A stretch of DNA of 34,980 nucleotides from Chloroflexota bacterium (GTDB lineage: Bacteria > Chloroflexota > Limnocylindria > Limnocylindrales > CSP1-4). Made by a program: the position numbers and the translations under genes. The stretch spans positions 906 through 35,885 of the forward strand of contig PMJT01000179.1 in NCBI GenBank assembly GCA_003158495.1, written 5' to 3'. Positions 8,396 to 17,438 of the stretch are shown in pieces (positions within the stretch are counted from its first letter, which is position 1; each line of letters starts with the position of its first letter). The notes under the pieces are model-generated. The model had not been told where the DNA came from. It made no database searches and saw only the letters and a program-made list of their open reading frames with translations.

Positions 8396-8590
8396 CCGAG
8401 CCTGCCGCCCTGATTGCCCACCGTGAGCGTGTCCGCTTCGACGGTCTCTTACGGCGCGCTCGGTGCCAGTGGGTCGAGCAGTGGAGGAGAGCCGATCAGC
8501 GAACCAGATCCGGTGTCTCGTTGAGGAGGCGGTCCCGCCGTCATTTTGCGATCGACCGCCGAGCTCGTCGCTTCGAGTAGGAGGATGGAA

Positions 8591-9964
8591 GTGAGATTCC
8601 CGAAGAGGCTCCTGGCAGGAGTCGCAGTGCTGGCCATCGTTGCCGGCGCTTGTTCATCGGCTGCAGCCACTCCGACGGCCGCTCCGACGGCCGCCCCGAC
8701 TCAGGCCCCGGCGGCGACCGCAGCCCCGACCGCTGCCCCTGCCGCCACCGCGACCGCGGGCAAGCCGGTCACCATCGAGTGGTGGCACATCAGCACCGGC
8801 CAGCCCGGCAAGTCCATTTTCCAGGGCATCGCTGACGCCTACATGGCGGCCCATCCGAACGTCAAGATCAACATCACCGTTCTCGAGAACGAGGCCTTCA
8901 AGACCAAGCTCCAGACCGCGATGCAGTCCGGCACCCCGCCTGATCTGTTCCAGTCGTGGGGCGGCGGCACCATGGCCGCCCAGGCCGCTGCCGGCAACCT
9001 TCAGGACATCACGGCCGCGATCGCGCCCTGGGCCAGCACCGTCAACAAGGGTGCCCTGGGCATCTACGCGGTCAACGGCAAGCAGTACGGCGTGCCCTGG
9101 GACATGGGCATGATCGGCGTCTGGTACAACAAGGCCCTCTTCACCAAGGCCGGCATCGCCGCGCCGCCGGCGACCTGGACTGACTTCCTCGCCGACGTCA
9201 GCAAGCTCAAGGCCGCTGGCATCGTCCCGCTCGCCATCGCGGGCAAGGACGAATGGCCGTCCATGCACCTCTGGACGTACCTCGTCCTCCGCATCGGCGG
9301 TGGCACGGTCCTCAACCAGATGGTCACGAGCGGTAACTGGAACACCGACGCCTGCACCAAGGCCGGCGACCAGGTCGTTGCCCTCAACGCCCTGAACCCG
9401 TACCAGCCCGGCTACAAGAGCGCCACTTACGACAACGAAGCTGCCGCCGTTGGCAACGCCAAGGCGGCCATGGAAGTCATGGGCCAGTGGGCTCCTGGCG
9501 TCGAGATGAACGACAGCGCCACCAAGAAGGGCATCGGCAACGACCTCGGTTGGTTCCCCTTCCCGACCGTTGACGGCGGCGCAGGCGCTGCCACTGACGG
9601 CGTCGGCGGCGGCAACGGCATCGCAGTCGGCAAGAATGCCCCGCCGGAAGCGGTCGACTTCCTCAAGTTCTTCAACAGCGTCTACAACGCCCAGAAGATC
9701 GAAACCCCGTCCACCCCGGGCGGCAGTGACAGCATGGGCATGTCGCCGATCGCCGGCGTCGATTCCTCCGGTCTCGCCCCGTCCCTGCAGCAGGTTCTCG
9801 CCGGCCGCGACAAGGCCACCTTCATGCAGCTCTACCTCGACCAGGCCACCTCGCCGGCAATGGGCACGGCGATCAACGACGCCACGGTTGCGCTCTTCCT
9901 GGGCGCGTCCACCCCGACCAAGGTCTGCCAGGCGATCACCGACGCCGCAGCCAAGAACAAGTAG
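8591..9964 (+). CDS. Carbohydrate ABC transporter substrate-binding lipoprotein (family 1 / CUT1)
   Basis: GTG 8591 lies 6 nt after AGGAGG (8579-8584); the ATG at 8585 abuts the SD. Signal plus lipobox RFPKRLLAGVAVLAIVAGAC, then an Ala/Pro/Thr linker, then an SBP_bac_1-like body (WWHISTG, FQSWGGG, VPWDMGMIGVWYNK). Confidence 0.9.
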   Translation: MRFPKRLLAGVAVLAIVAGACSSAAATPTAAPTAAPTQAPAATAAPTAAPAATATAGKPVTIEWWHISTGQPGKSIFQGIADAYMAAHPNVKINITVLENEAFKTKLQTAMQSGTPPDLFQSWGGGTMAAQAAAGNLQDITAAIAPWASTVNKGALGIYAVNGKQYGVPWDMGMIGVWYNKALFTKAGIAAPPATWTDFLADVSKLKAAGIVPLAIAGKDEWPSMHLWTYLVLRIGGGTVLNQMVTSGNWNTDACTKAGDQVVALNALNPYQPGYKSATYDNEAAAVGNAKAAMEVMGQWAPGVEMNDSATKKGIGNDLGWFPFPTVDGGAGAATDGVGGGNGIAVGKNAPPEAVDFLKFFNSVYNAQKIETPSTPGGSDSMGMSPIAGVDSSGLAPSLQQVLAGRDKATFMQLYLDQATSPAMGTAINDATVALFLGASTPTKVCQAITDAAAKNK

Positions 9965-9992
9965 TTGGGTAGCGATCCTCGATAGGGTCAAC

Positions 9993-10029
9993 GATCGAGC
10001 GGGTCGGCGTTTCGCCGGCCCGCTCGATC
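9993..10029 (+). other. Intercistronic GC-rich stem-loop between the SBP and permease genes (no U-tract)
   Basis: GATCGAGCGGG-t-CGGCG-ttt-CGCCG-g-CCCGCTCGATC: 11 + 5 bp perfect pairing read directly, 29 nt after the SBP stop. Confidence 0.5.
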
Positions 10030-10053
10030 TCGCGGGGGTAGGTGAGGACGGCA

Positions 10054-10986
10054 ATGAGTGCAACGACGGTCAGGCCACACGGCGGAAGACGGCTTTCGGC
10101 CAAGTGGGTGACGATCATCCTGTTCCTGCTTCCCGGCCTGGCTCTGTACTTGGTGTTCGTGCTGTTCCCGGTCGTCCAGGCCGCCCGATACAGCCTGTAC
10201 AACTGGAACGGGCTCAATCCGCTCACCGACTTCGTCGGAATCGCTAACTACGTAAACGCGCTGAACAGCGACGTTTTCCAGAATGCGGTCTCGCACAACG
10301 TATTCATCATCGTCCTGTCCCTGGCGCTCCAGATCCCGTTCTCACTCTTCCTGGCCGTTCTGCTGAACCGTCGCTTCCATGGCCGGGCAATCTTCCGACT
10401 GATCTTCTTCCTCCCCTACGTGCTCTCGGAAGCCATCACGGGCATCATCTTTTCGCTGTTCCTGCAGCCCTCGTCGATGCTCGACACGACCATGCAGAAC
10501 CTGGGCCTCGGCGGCTTCATCCAGGACTGGCTGGGGGACACCGGCTTCGTGATGATCACTCTCTTCGTGATCATCTCGTGGAAGTACTTCGGCTTCCACA
10601 TGATCATCCTGCTGGCCGGGTTGCAGGGCATACCAAAGGAGATCGAGGAAGCGGCGCTGATCGATGGCGCCGGCCGCTGGCAGGCCTTCCGCCACGTCAC
10701 GCTCCCGCTTCTTGGCCCCACGCTTCGAGTCTCCGTCTTCCTCTCGATGATCGGAGCGCTGCAACTCTTCGACATGGTCTGGGTGATGACCCGGGGCGGC
10801 CCGGTCGGAGCCTCGAGCACGATGGCGACATTGATGTTCAAGAACGGCTTCCAGGACTCGGACATGGGCTACGGAAGCGCGCTCGCGGTTCTCCTGTTCC
10901 TCTTCGCCCTCGTCCTGGCGATCGCCTACCAGCGCTTCGTGCTGCGGCGTGACGTCGAGGGTGCTGTCACAGCATTCAACGGGTAG
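10054..10986 (+). CDS. Carbohydrate ABC transporter permease (MalF/UgpA-like)
   Basis: Multiple hydrophobic spans. EAA loop IEEAALIDGAGRWQAFRHVTLPLLGP. ATG 10054 follows GGTGAGGA. Confidence 0.9.
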   Translation: MSATTVRPHGGRRLSAKWVTIILFLLPGLALYLVFVLFPVVQAARYSLYNWNGLNPLTDFVGIANYVNALNSDVFQNAVSHNVFIIVLSLALQIPFSLFLAVLLNRRFHGRAIFRLIFFLPYVLSEAITGIIFSLFLQPSSMLDTTMQNLGLGGFIQDWLGDTGFVMITLFVIISWKYFGFHMIILLAGLQGIPKEIEEAALIDGAGRWQAFRHVTLPLLGPTLRVSVFLSMIGALQLFDMVWVMTRGGPVGASSTMATLMFKNGFQDSDMGYGSALAVLLFLFALVLAIAYQRFVLRRDVEGAVTAFNG

Positions 10987-10990
10987 TGCG

Positions 10991-11896
10991 ATGACAACCA
11001 CAGCTTCAGTCGCAAAGTCAATCGCTCCGGCCGCAGCCGTCTGGAAGCGCCCCGGCAGGCTCGCCCGAATGGGCATCTTCGGGATCGCCCGCTATGCGGT
11101 CCTGGTCTTCGTGGCGGCAGTGATCCTGGTACCGATCCTGTTCGCGGCCCTGGGCGGTGCCAAGACCAACGGCCAGCTCCTGAACGACCCGGTCGGTCTC
11201 CCGAGCCCCTGGGTCTTCTCGAATTACACGGACGTCCTGTTCGGCGCCAATGCCGCCGTGTTCTGGGGAGAACTGCTCAACAGCGTGATAATCGCCACCG
11301 TCGCCGTCTTCCTGACGGTGTCGCTTGCCGCTCTCGCGGCGTTCGTGTTCGCCCGAATGGTCTTCAAGGGCCGAGAGGCGATGTACATGCTGTTCACTCT
11401 CGGCCTGCTGTTCCCGTCGGCCGTCGCGATCCTGCCGTTGTACATCCTGGTCCGACAGCTCGGGCTCGAGAGCAACTACCTTGGAGTGGCGTTGCCACAG
11501 GCCGCCTTTGGCCTGCCGCTCACGATCATCATCCTGCGGCCGTTCTTCAAGAGCATCCCTGTCGAGCTGGAAGACGCGGCCAAGATCGACGGCTGCGGCA
11601 CCTTCGGGTTCTTCTGGCGGGTGTTGCTGCCACTGGCCCGGCCAGCCCTTGCGACCGTGAGCATCCTGGCGATCGTCAGCACATGGAACGCGTTCATGCT
11701 GCCCCTGATCATCCTCAACGGCGCCGACCAGTGGACTCTCCCGCTCGGCGTGATGAACTTCTCATCCGAGTACACCAACGACCAGGCCCGCACGCTGGCT
11801 TTCACGGTCATGGCGATCCTGCCGGCGGTCCTGTTCTACATCGTGGCTGAACGGCAGATCGTCTCCGGCCTTACCGCAGGTGGGGTCAAGGGCTGA
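10991..11896 (+). CDS. Carbohydrate ABC transporter permease (MalG/UgpE-like)
   Basis: ATG 10991 lies 4 nt after the upstream stop. EAA loop LEDAAKIDGCGTFGFFWRVLLPLARP. About six hydrophobic spans. Confidence 0.9.
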   Translation: MTTTASVAKSIAPAAAVWKRPGRLARMGIFGIARYAVLVFVAAVILVPILFAALGGAKTNGQLLNDPVGLPSPWVFSNYTDVLFGANAAVFWGELLNSVIIATVAVFLTVSLAALAAFVFARMVFKGREAMYMLFTLGLLFPSAVAILPLYILVRQLGLESNYLGVALPQAAFGLPLTIIILRPFFKSIPVELEDAAKIDGCGTFGFFWRVLLPLARPALATVSILAIVSTWNAFMLPLIILNGADQWTLPLGVMNFSSEYTNDQARTLAFTVMAILPAVLFYIVAERQIVSGLTAGGVKG

Positions 11897-11898
11897 CC

Positions 11899-14232
11899 GT
11901 GGCCGGAATCGTGTACAAGGACGCGACGGTCGGCACAGCCGAGCGAGTAGCCGATCTACTCGGGCGCATGTCGCCCGAGGAGAAGCTCGCCCAACTCGGG
12001 TCGTTCTGGTCGTTCGAAATACTGGATCACGGCCGGTTCGATGCCGCGAAAGCCGCCCAGCGGATGAGCCACGGCATCGGCCAGGTAACTCGCGTTGCGG
12101 GGGCCACGAACCTCGGGGCCGTGGCCGTCGCCGAGCTGGCCAACCGCATCCAGCGCTTCCTGGTCGAGGAAACGCGCCTGGGCATCCCCGCCATCGTTCA
12201 CGAGGAGTCCCTTCATGGGCTGCTGGCCACCGAATCGGTCTGCTTTCCGCAGTCGATCGGCCAGGCAGCGTCCTGGAAACCGGAGCTCGTCGAGGCGATG
12301 GCCACTCGCCTGGGGCGGGAGTTGCGGGCCATGGGCGCCCATCAGACGCTGGCGCCGATCCTGGACATAACGCGCGACCCGCGCTGGGGCCGCCTGGAAG
12401 AGACGTACGGCGAAGACCCGTACCTCGTGGCGGAGCTCGGCGCGGCCTACGTGCGGGGCATCCAGGCCGGCGGCCCGTCCGGCATGGTCTACGCCACGGG
12501 CAAGCACATGGTCGGCCACGGCCTTCCAGAGGGCGGGCTCAACCACGCCCCGGCACACATCGGATCGCGCGAGCTAAACGACGAGTTCCTCTTCCCGTTC
12601 GAGGCCGCCGTCTGCGGCGCCGGCCTGCGCTCGATGATGCACGCCTACGACGAAGTCGACGGGGTCCCTTGCGTGTCGTCGCGCGAGCTCCTGACGGAGA
12701 TCCTGCGCGAGCGCTGGGGCTTCGAGGGCATCGTCGTATCGGATTACTTCGGCGTCGACGAGCTGCTGACCTCTCACGCCGTCACCGAGGATCTCGCCGA
12801 GGCCGCCGTGATGGCCCTGGAGGCGGGTTTGGATGTCGAGCTTCCCACCACGCGGGCCTTCGGCGAACCGCTCGCCAGGGCCCTCGCCGACGGGCGTGTT
12901 GACCAGGCGGCGGTGGACGTGGCCGTCGGGCGGATGCTCCGCGCCAAGTTCGAACTCGGCCTGTTCGAGAACCCTTACGTGGAGCCGACCGGCGCTGCGT
13001 TGCCATATGAGTTGGACCGCGAGCTGGCCGCTGAGATCGCGCGCAACTCGATCGTCCTGCTCGCCAACGACGGAACGCTGCCACTCAAGCCGGACCTGGC
13101 GACGATCGCCGTCATCGGCCCCAATGCCGACTCCGGCAGGAACCTGCTCGGCGACTACAGCCACATCGTTCATATCGAAGCCCTGCTCGAGCAGGGTGGT
13201 TTCGGCACCGAGGTCCCCGAAGACCTCGAGGCCATCGACGACTTGACTTCACTCGAGACCGTCCTGCAGGCCGTTCGCAGGAGCGTCGGACCTGCCACGG
13301 AAGTGCGGTACGCCGAGGGCTGCGGTCTCGACAACGGTGACGACGTCGGCATGCGGGACGCGATCAAGGCCGCGTCCGGTGCCGACGTCGCCATCGTCGT
13401 TGTAGGTGAGCGCTCTGGCCTCACCGACGACTGCATCTCCGGCGAAGCCAGGGATCGGCTCGAGATCGGGCTGCCGGGTCGGCAGGGCGAACTCGTGGAG
13501 GCAGTCGCCGCGACGGGCACGCCCGTCGTCCTGGTCATGATCGCCGGCAGACCTCTCGCCATCGCGGCCGATGCCGCCCGATCGGCCGCGGTCGTGCACG
13601 CCTGGGTCCCGGGCGAGGCGGGGGCAATCGCTGTGGCGGACGTCCTGTTCGGGCGGTTCAATCCCGGTGGAAAGCTGCCGATCACAGTGCCGCGTCACGT
13701 CGGCCAGATACCTATCTACTACGGCCACAAGCCTTCGGGCGGCCGGTCGCACTGGAAGGCGAAGTATGTCGACGGCTCCAACGAGCCGCTCTGGCCCTTC
13801 GGCTTCGGGCTCTCCTACACGACCTTCCGGGTGGACAACCTCCGCCTGGATCGCGACTCGATCCCGGTCGACGGCGAGTTTGCGGCCACGGTGGACGTCG
13901 TGAACACCGGTGATCGCGAGGGCGACGAAGTAGTGCAGCTGTATCTGCGCGACGAAGAAGCCAGCGTGACCCGACCCAACAAGCAACTCCGCGGCTTCAA
14001 ACGGGTCCGGCTCGCGCCGGGCCGGCGATGCAGCGTGACATTCCGAGTCGCCGCCGAGCAACTGGCCTTCACCGGCGTGGACGGCGGCCGAATCGTTGAG
14101 CCGGGCAGGATCACGGTCATGGCGGGAACCTCGGCCGTGGACCTGCCCTGCCGCACCACGGTGACTCTCACCGGCAAGGTGATCCCGGTTGGACGGAGGA
14201 GCCGTTTCTTCACCGAGACCACCGTCGGCTAG
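11899..14232 (+). CDS. Glycoside hydrolase family 3 (beta-glucosidase/beta-xylosidase type)
   Basis: 777 aa. KHMVGHG, nucleophile region GFEGIVVSDYFGV, GH3 C-terminal and Fn3-like segment (EVVQLYLRD). GTG start 2 nt after the permease stop, so it is operonic with the CUT1 transporter. Confidence 0.9.
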   Translation: MAGIVYKDATVGTAERVADLLGRMSPEEKLAQLGSFWSFEILDHGRFDAAKAAQRMSHGIGQVTRVAGATNLGAVAVAELANRIQRFLVEETRLGIPAIVHEESLHGLLATESVCFPQSIGQAASWKPELVEAMATRLGRELRAMGAHQTLAPILDITRDPRWGRLEETYGEDPYLVAELGAAYVRGIQAGGPSGMVYATGKHMVGHGLPEGGLNHAPAHIGSRELNDEFLFPFEAAVCGAGLRSMMHAYDEVDGVPCVSSRELLTEILRERWGFEGIVVSDYFGVDELLTSHAVTEDLAEAAVMALEAGLDVELPTTRAFGEPLARALADGRVDQAAVDVAVGRMLRAKFELGLFENPYVEPTGAALPYELDRELAAEIARNSIVLLANDGTLPLKPDLATIAVIGPNADSGRNLLGDYSHIVHIEALLEQGGFGTEVPEDLEAIDDLTSLETVLQAVRRSVGPATEVRYAEGCGLDNGDDVGMRDAIKAASGADVAIVVVGERSGLTDDCISGEARDRLEIGLPGRQGELVEAVAATGTPVVLVMIAGRPLAIAADAARSAAVVHAWVPGEAGAIAVADVLFGRFNPGGKLPITVPRHVGQIPIYYGHKPSGGRSHWKAKYVDGSNEPLWPFGFGLSYTTFRVDNLRLDRDSIPVDGEFAATVDVVNTGDREGDEVVQLYLRDEEASVTRPNKQLRGFKRVRLAPGRRCSVTFRVAAEQLAFTGVDGGRIVEPGRITVMAGTSAVDLPCRTTVTLTGKVIPVGRRSRFFTETTVG

Positions 14233-14348
14233 AGTCTAGGTCCGGCCTCGACCGGTTCGGGCGTGTCCTCCTTCGCGCGCGGCCACGTCCGAACCGGGCC
14301 GGGCCCTGGCCCCGCCGCGTGTTCGCGTGTTCGCGCGACGCCGGGCCG

Positions 14349-15725
14349 TCAGCCGGCGACTGTCATCGCGCGGTCCGGGCTGAGCAGGAACGGCGGCAAG
14401 TGCGCCGCCAGGTTCGAGAACGGCAGCACGTCCGGGTGCAGAGCGATGCCAAGCGCGTCGTTCATGAACCTGCGCCGGGCCTGGATCCGGCCCCACGCCT
14501 CCGGGTAAGCCGCCGCAAACGCGTCGCGCAGTGAGCCGTCGGCCAGCGCGAGTCCGTCCTCTATGTTCGTCGTGAAGTAGTCCGTGCCCGTAGCCGGGAT
14601 GACGTCCACCTGGAACGCCATGCCGGATCGGAGCTCCATGCGCGATCCCGGCGCGATCGGAGAGTTGACCCATTCGTCGAGATGGATCTGGTGGCCCGGG
14701 TTCAGCGATACGCCGAAGAACGGGTCGCCGATGCGGCGGTGGATGATGTCGTACAGCGCGCCGCCAGTCTGTCCGACGTGCAGTGCGCCGTACCACTCGG
14801 CGATCGCCTCGAAGTAGGGCCCGACGAGCCGCTCCACGTAGTCGGAAATCCCCGCCGGCAGATCCGCCGCCGACTCTGCGACGAACCCCGCGCGGCAGTT
14901 CAGCGCGCCCCAGACGCCGAACCCGACGGTGAAGCGGTCGCCCCGCTGGATCCTGCGGTCGCCCGGGCTGACCAGCCCGAAGGTCGCGCGCGGGCCGGCG
15001 GTGAGCATCATGTGGCACGACAGTGGCATGCCGTTCCAGTTGAGGAGCCGGACTGCCTCGCTCTCGGTCATGCCCGGTCGAAGCTCGGCCAGCATGTGGC
15101 GGACGCCCTCCGATGTCTGACACGCGGCGTACTCGAAGGCCGCCAGCTGGTCGACCTCGTTGATCACCCGCAAGCCATCTGCGGCGTCGATCAAGAGTCC
15201 CGTGGCGTTCTCGACGAGACCGGTCGAGCCGGTCAGATGTCGTAGCTCGTCGACGATGTAGGCTGGCGCATCGATGGCCACGGGGCTCGGGTATGTCTTC
15301 CAGCCGATGACGCCGACGCGGCTGCCCTTGCCGATGCCCTCGGCGGCAAGGGTCTCGCCGAGCGGCGCCGTTCTGTCCCGCGGCTGGCCCGGCAGGCTGA
15401 AGTGCTGGAACATGACCAACCGCATCTTCAAGGGCGCGGCAGAGGCCATCCCGACATTCTCGTTACCCACCAGGATCGCCGGTTCTCCCGTCGGTCCCAG
15501 GACCAGGAGCGCCTCCTCGAAGCGCGGGTCGAAGCCGCTCAGATAGGACAGGTTGGCGCTGTGCTCGCGGTCGGCGTAAACGACGATGCGGTCGTACCGG
15601 GCGGCCGCCGCGCGTTCACGCAGTCGGTCCAGCCGAAAGGCATAGGTGCTCGGCGGCATTTCCGGCCTGGCCTCGGGCATGCCGAAGTCGGGCAGACGAA
15701 TCTCCGCCAGTCGCGCCTTGGGCAC
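14349..15725 (-). CDS. M24-fold (creatinase/prolidase/aminopeptidase P-like) protein, possibly non-peptidase
   Basis: GTG at 15725 with AAGGGAGGG 6 nt upstream. Creatinase_N-like N-terminal half (YDRIVVYADREHSANLSYLSGFDP) and pita-bread C-terminal half (GDRFTVGFGVWGALNCRAG, NPGHQIH, NIEDGLAL). The 866-aa track ORF is an in-frame shadow extension. Confidence 0.75.
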   Translation of the reverse strand: MPKARLAEIRLPDFGMPEARPEMPPSTYAFRLDRLRERAAAARYDRIVVYADREHSANLSYLSGFDPRFEEALLVLGPTGEPAILVGNENVGMASAAPLKMRLVMFQHFSLPGQPRDRTAPLGETLAAEGIGKGSRVGVIGWKTYPSPVAIDAPAYIVDELRHLTGSTGLVENATGLLIDAADGLRVINEVDQLAAFEYAACQTSEGVRHMLAELRPGMTESEAVRLLNWNGMPLSCHMMLTAGPRATFGLVSPGDRRIQRGDRFTVGFGVWGALNCRAGFVAESAADLPAGISDYVERLVGPYFEAIAEWYGALHVGQTGGALYDIIHRRIGDPFFGVSLNPGHQIHLDEWVNSPIAPGSRMELRSGMAFQVDVIPATGTDYFTTNIEDGLALADGSLRDAFAAAYPEAWGRIQARRRFMNDALGIALHPDVLPFSNLAAHLPPFLLSPDRAMTVAG

Positions 15726-15739
15726 TCGCGACCCTCCCT

Positions 15740-17425
15740 TCAAGCGCTTGGAGGCGACCAGGGGCGCGCCTCGGTCGCCCCTCGAGCGATGTCGAGGAAC
15801 TGGTTTGCGTTCACCTGGAGCCACGGCCCCACCTGGCCGTCCGGCCACTGGATCCGGACCTGGGCCGAGCTGGCTGGTCCGAGGCCGAAATGGATCCATC
15901 CCAGCTGCCCGCCGGCGTGCCCACCGCCGATGGTCAACTCGCGACGAAGTGTCAGGTCGCCGACCTTGACTTCGATCCAGGCACCGACGGCGTCGACGTT
16001 TGGCCCGGTCTGGACCGGTCGAAGCGCCAGCCAGTTGCCCATCTGCGCCGGTTCGCCCGAGGTCGCGGAGCCGGCGTTCAGCCAGACCCGCACTGGCGCG
16101 CCGTAATGGACTTCGATAAGGTCCAGCAGGCCGTCCATGTTGAAGTCGGCCAGGGCCGCACCACGCCCGCGATCGTACTCGACGATCCCGGCCGCCTGGG
16201 CCTGCTGCTTGAAGCTGCCGTCTGGCTGCCCGAGGAACAGGTCGCTGGGATCCTTCGTGGCGAAGCCCGGCTGCTCGGCGACGTTGCCTTTGGAGACGAA
16301 CAGGTCGATGAAACCGTCGTTGTTGACGTCCTCGAACTCGGGATGCCAGGAGGTCGAGGGCAGGTCTTGCCCGCCGCTGCCGGGCCGCGTGGAAACCACG
16401 CCACGCTTCAAGGCGATGTCGCGGTAGGTCGGTTGGTCCGGTCCCGCGGCGAGCGTCTGGAGCCGGTTGTCGCCCTGGCTCGTGAGGTAGTAGTCGGGAT
16501 ATCCGTCGCCGTTGACGTCGTATCCGGCGATGCCCATGCCGGAGACCTGCAGTGAGACCCATCCGTCGGCGTCCGTGTAGGCGCGTGGCGCCTCGCCCGG
16601 CGCGACCCGCCAGAGCTGGTCCTGCCCGTTCACGTAGTAGTTTTGGTCGTTGGTCATGCGCAGGTCCCGCCGCCCCGAGAGATCCCAGTCGCTGAACAGC
16701 ATCGACAGCGTGCAGTAGCCGGGCGAGAGCGCGATCGGCCGATCGAACGCCGTTCCGTCCGCCTTCGGACGCACGAGCTCGCTCTCCGCGCAGTCCCTCG
16801 TCGGCTGGCCCGTGGCATCGAGCTTGAGGTAGTGACCGATGGCGAGCGTCGGCAGGGCGTTCGAACCCTCCCACGTCGCGCTGAAGGCCGTGGCGTAGTC
16901 GTTGCCGCCGTCGAACGACCATCTGGCGTTCGCCTTCTCGAAGCGGCATCCGCCCAGGCCGCGAAGGATCTCCGTCTCGCCCATCCGCAGCACCACGAGG
17001 TCCACGTTGCTGTCGCCGTCGATGTCGATCGGGTATGCGCCTTCGACGCCGGTGAGATCGGTCACGGTGTCGGGTATCCGCGTGAACTTAAGAGCCTTGC
17101 CGCCCACCGGGCTGTCGTTGCGGTACAGACCGGCCGGGTTGCTGCCGCCCGCCACGTAGACGTCGGGCCGGCCGTCCCCGTTGCAGTCGAAGACCGCCAC
17201 TCCGCCGCCCGCGACGTACCCATCGCCGCCCCCATACGTGTGGCTCAATCCGGAGCCGGCGGTCTGCTCGACGAAATTGGGAGTGCCGCCGGCCGTGGTC
17301 GGCGTCGCCGAGCCGCCGAAATACCCCAGACCGAAGCTGGTGGCCGTGCCTGCCACCACGGCAACGATCGCCACGGCTGCGGCAATCGCCAGGGTGCGCC
17401 GGCGGCCGCGGATCGCCGCTCTCAT
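15740..17425 (-). CDS. Secreted FG-GAP/VCBS repeat protein with C-terminal ASPIC/UnbV domain (CRTAC1-like)
   Basis: N-terminus MRAAIRGRRRTLAIAAAVAIVAVVAG (signal or anchor). Repeated DxNxDGxxD Ca-binding motifs (FDCNGDGRPDVYV, DIDGDSNVDLVV, DVNGDGYPDYYL, DVNNDGFIDLFV, DFNMDGLLDLIEV). C-terminus GGGHAGGQLGWIHFGLGPASSAQVRIQWPDG. Confidence 0.85.
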   Translation of the reverse strand: MRAAIRGRRRTLAIAAAVAIVAVVAGTATSFGLGYFGGSATPTTAGGTPNFVEQTAGSGLSHTYGGGDGYVAGGGVAVFDCNGDGRPDVYVAGGSNPAGLYRNDSPVGGKALKFTRIPDTVTDLTGVEGAYPIDIDGDSNVDLVVLRMGETEILRGLGGCRFEKANARWSFDGGNDYATAFSATWEGSNALPTLAIGHYLKLDATGQPTRDCAESELVRPKADGTAFDRPIALSPGYCTLSMLFSDWDLSGRRDLRMTNDQNYYVNGQDQLWRVAPGEAPRAYTDADGWVSLQVSGMGIAGYDVNGDGYPDYYLTSQGDNRLQTLAAGPDQPTYRDIALKRGVVSTRPGSGGQDLPSTSWHPEFEDVNNDGFIDLFVSKGNVAEQPGFATKDPSDLFLGQPDGSFKQQAQAAGIVEYDRGRGAALADFNMDGLLDLIEVHYGAPVRVWLNAGSATSGEPAQMGNWLALRPVQTGPNVDAVGAWIEVKVGDLTLRRELTIGGGHAGGQLGWIHFGLGPASSAQVRIQWPDGQVGPWLQVNANQFLDIARGATEARPWSPPSA

Positions 17426-17438
17426 CGGACCCGGGCCA

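Noticed and set aside
8396-8590. Known riboswitch class in the two long SBP leaders (8396-8590, 19541-19813)
   Set aside because: I could not recognise any conserved core (TPP, cobalamin, SAM, glycine, c-di-GMP, ydaO and others) by eye. They are kept only as candidate novel leaders that need an Rfam scan and covariation analysis.
8654-10063. 469-aa antisense ORF across the first SBP gene, plus similar antisense ORFs (10342..11076, 11956..12558, 13249..14061, 27210..28229, 29716..31014)
   Set aside because: These are shadow ORFs opposite well-supported genes. They have Arg/Gly/Asp-rich compositions and no recognisable domains.
14349-16949. 866-aa minus-strand ORF suggesting one giant protein
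   Set aside because: Its N-terminal ~400 aa are Arg-rich and overlap the well-supported FG-GAP/ASPIC gene in another frame. An RBS-supported GTG at 15725 gives a normal 458-aa M24-fold protein.
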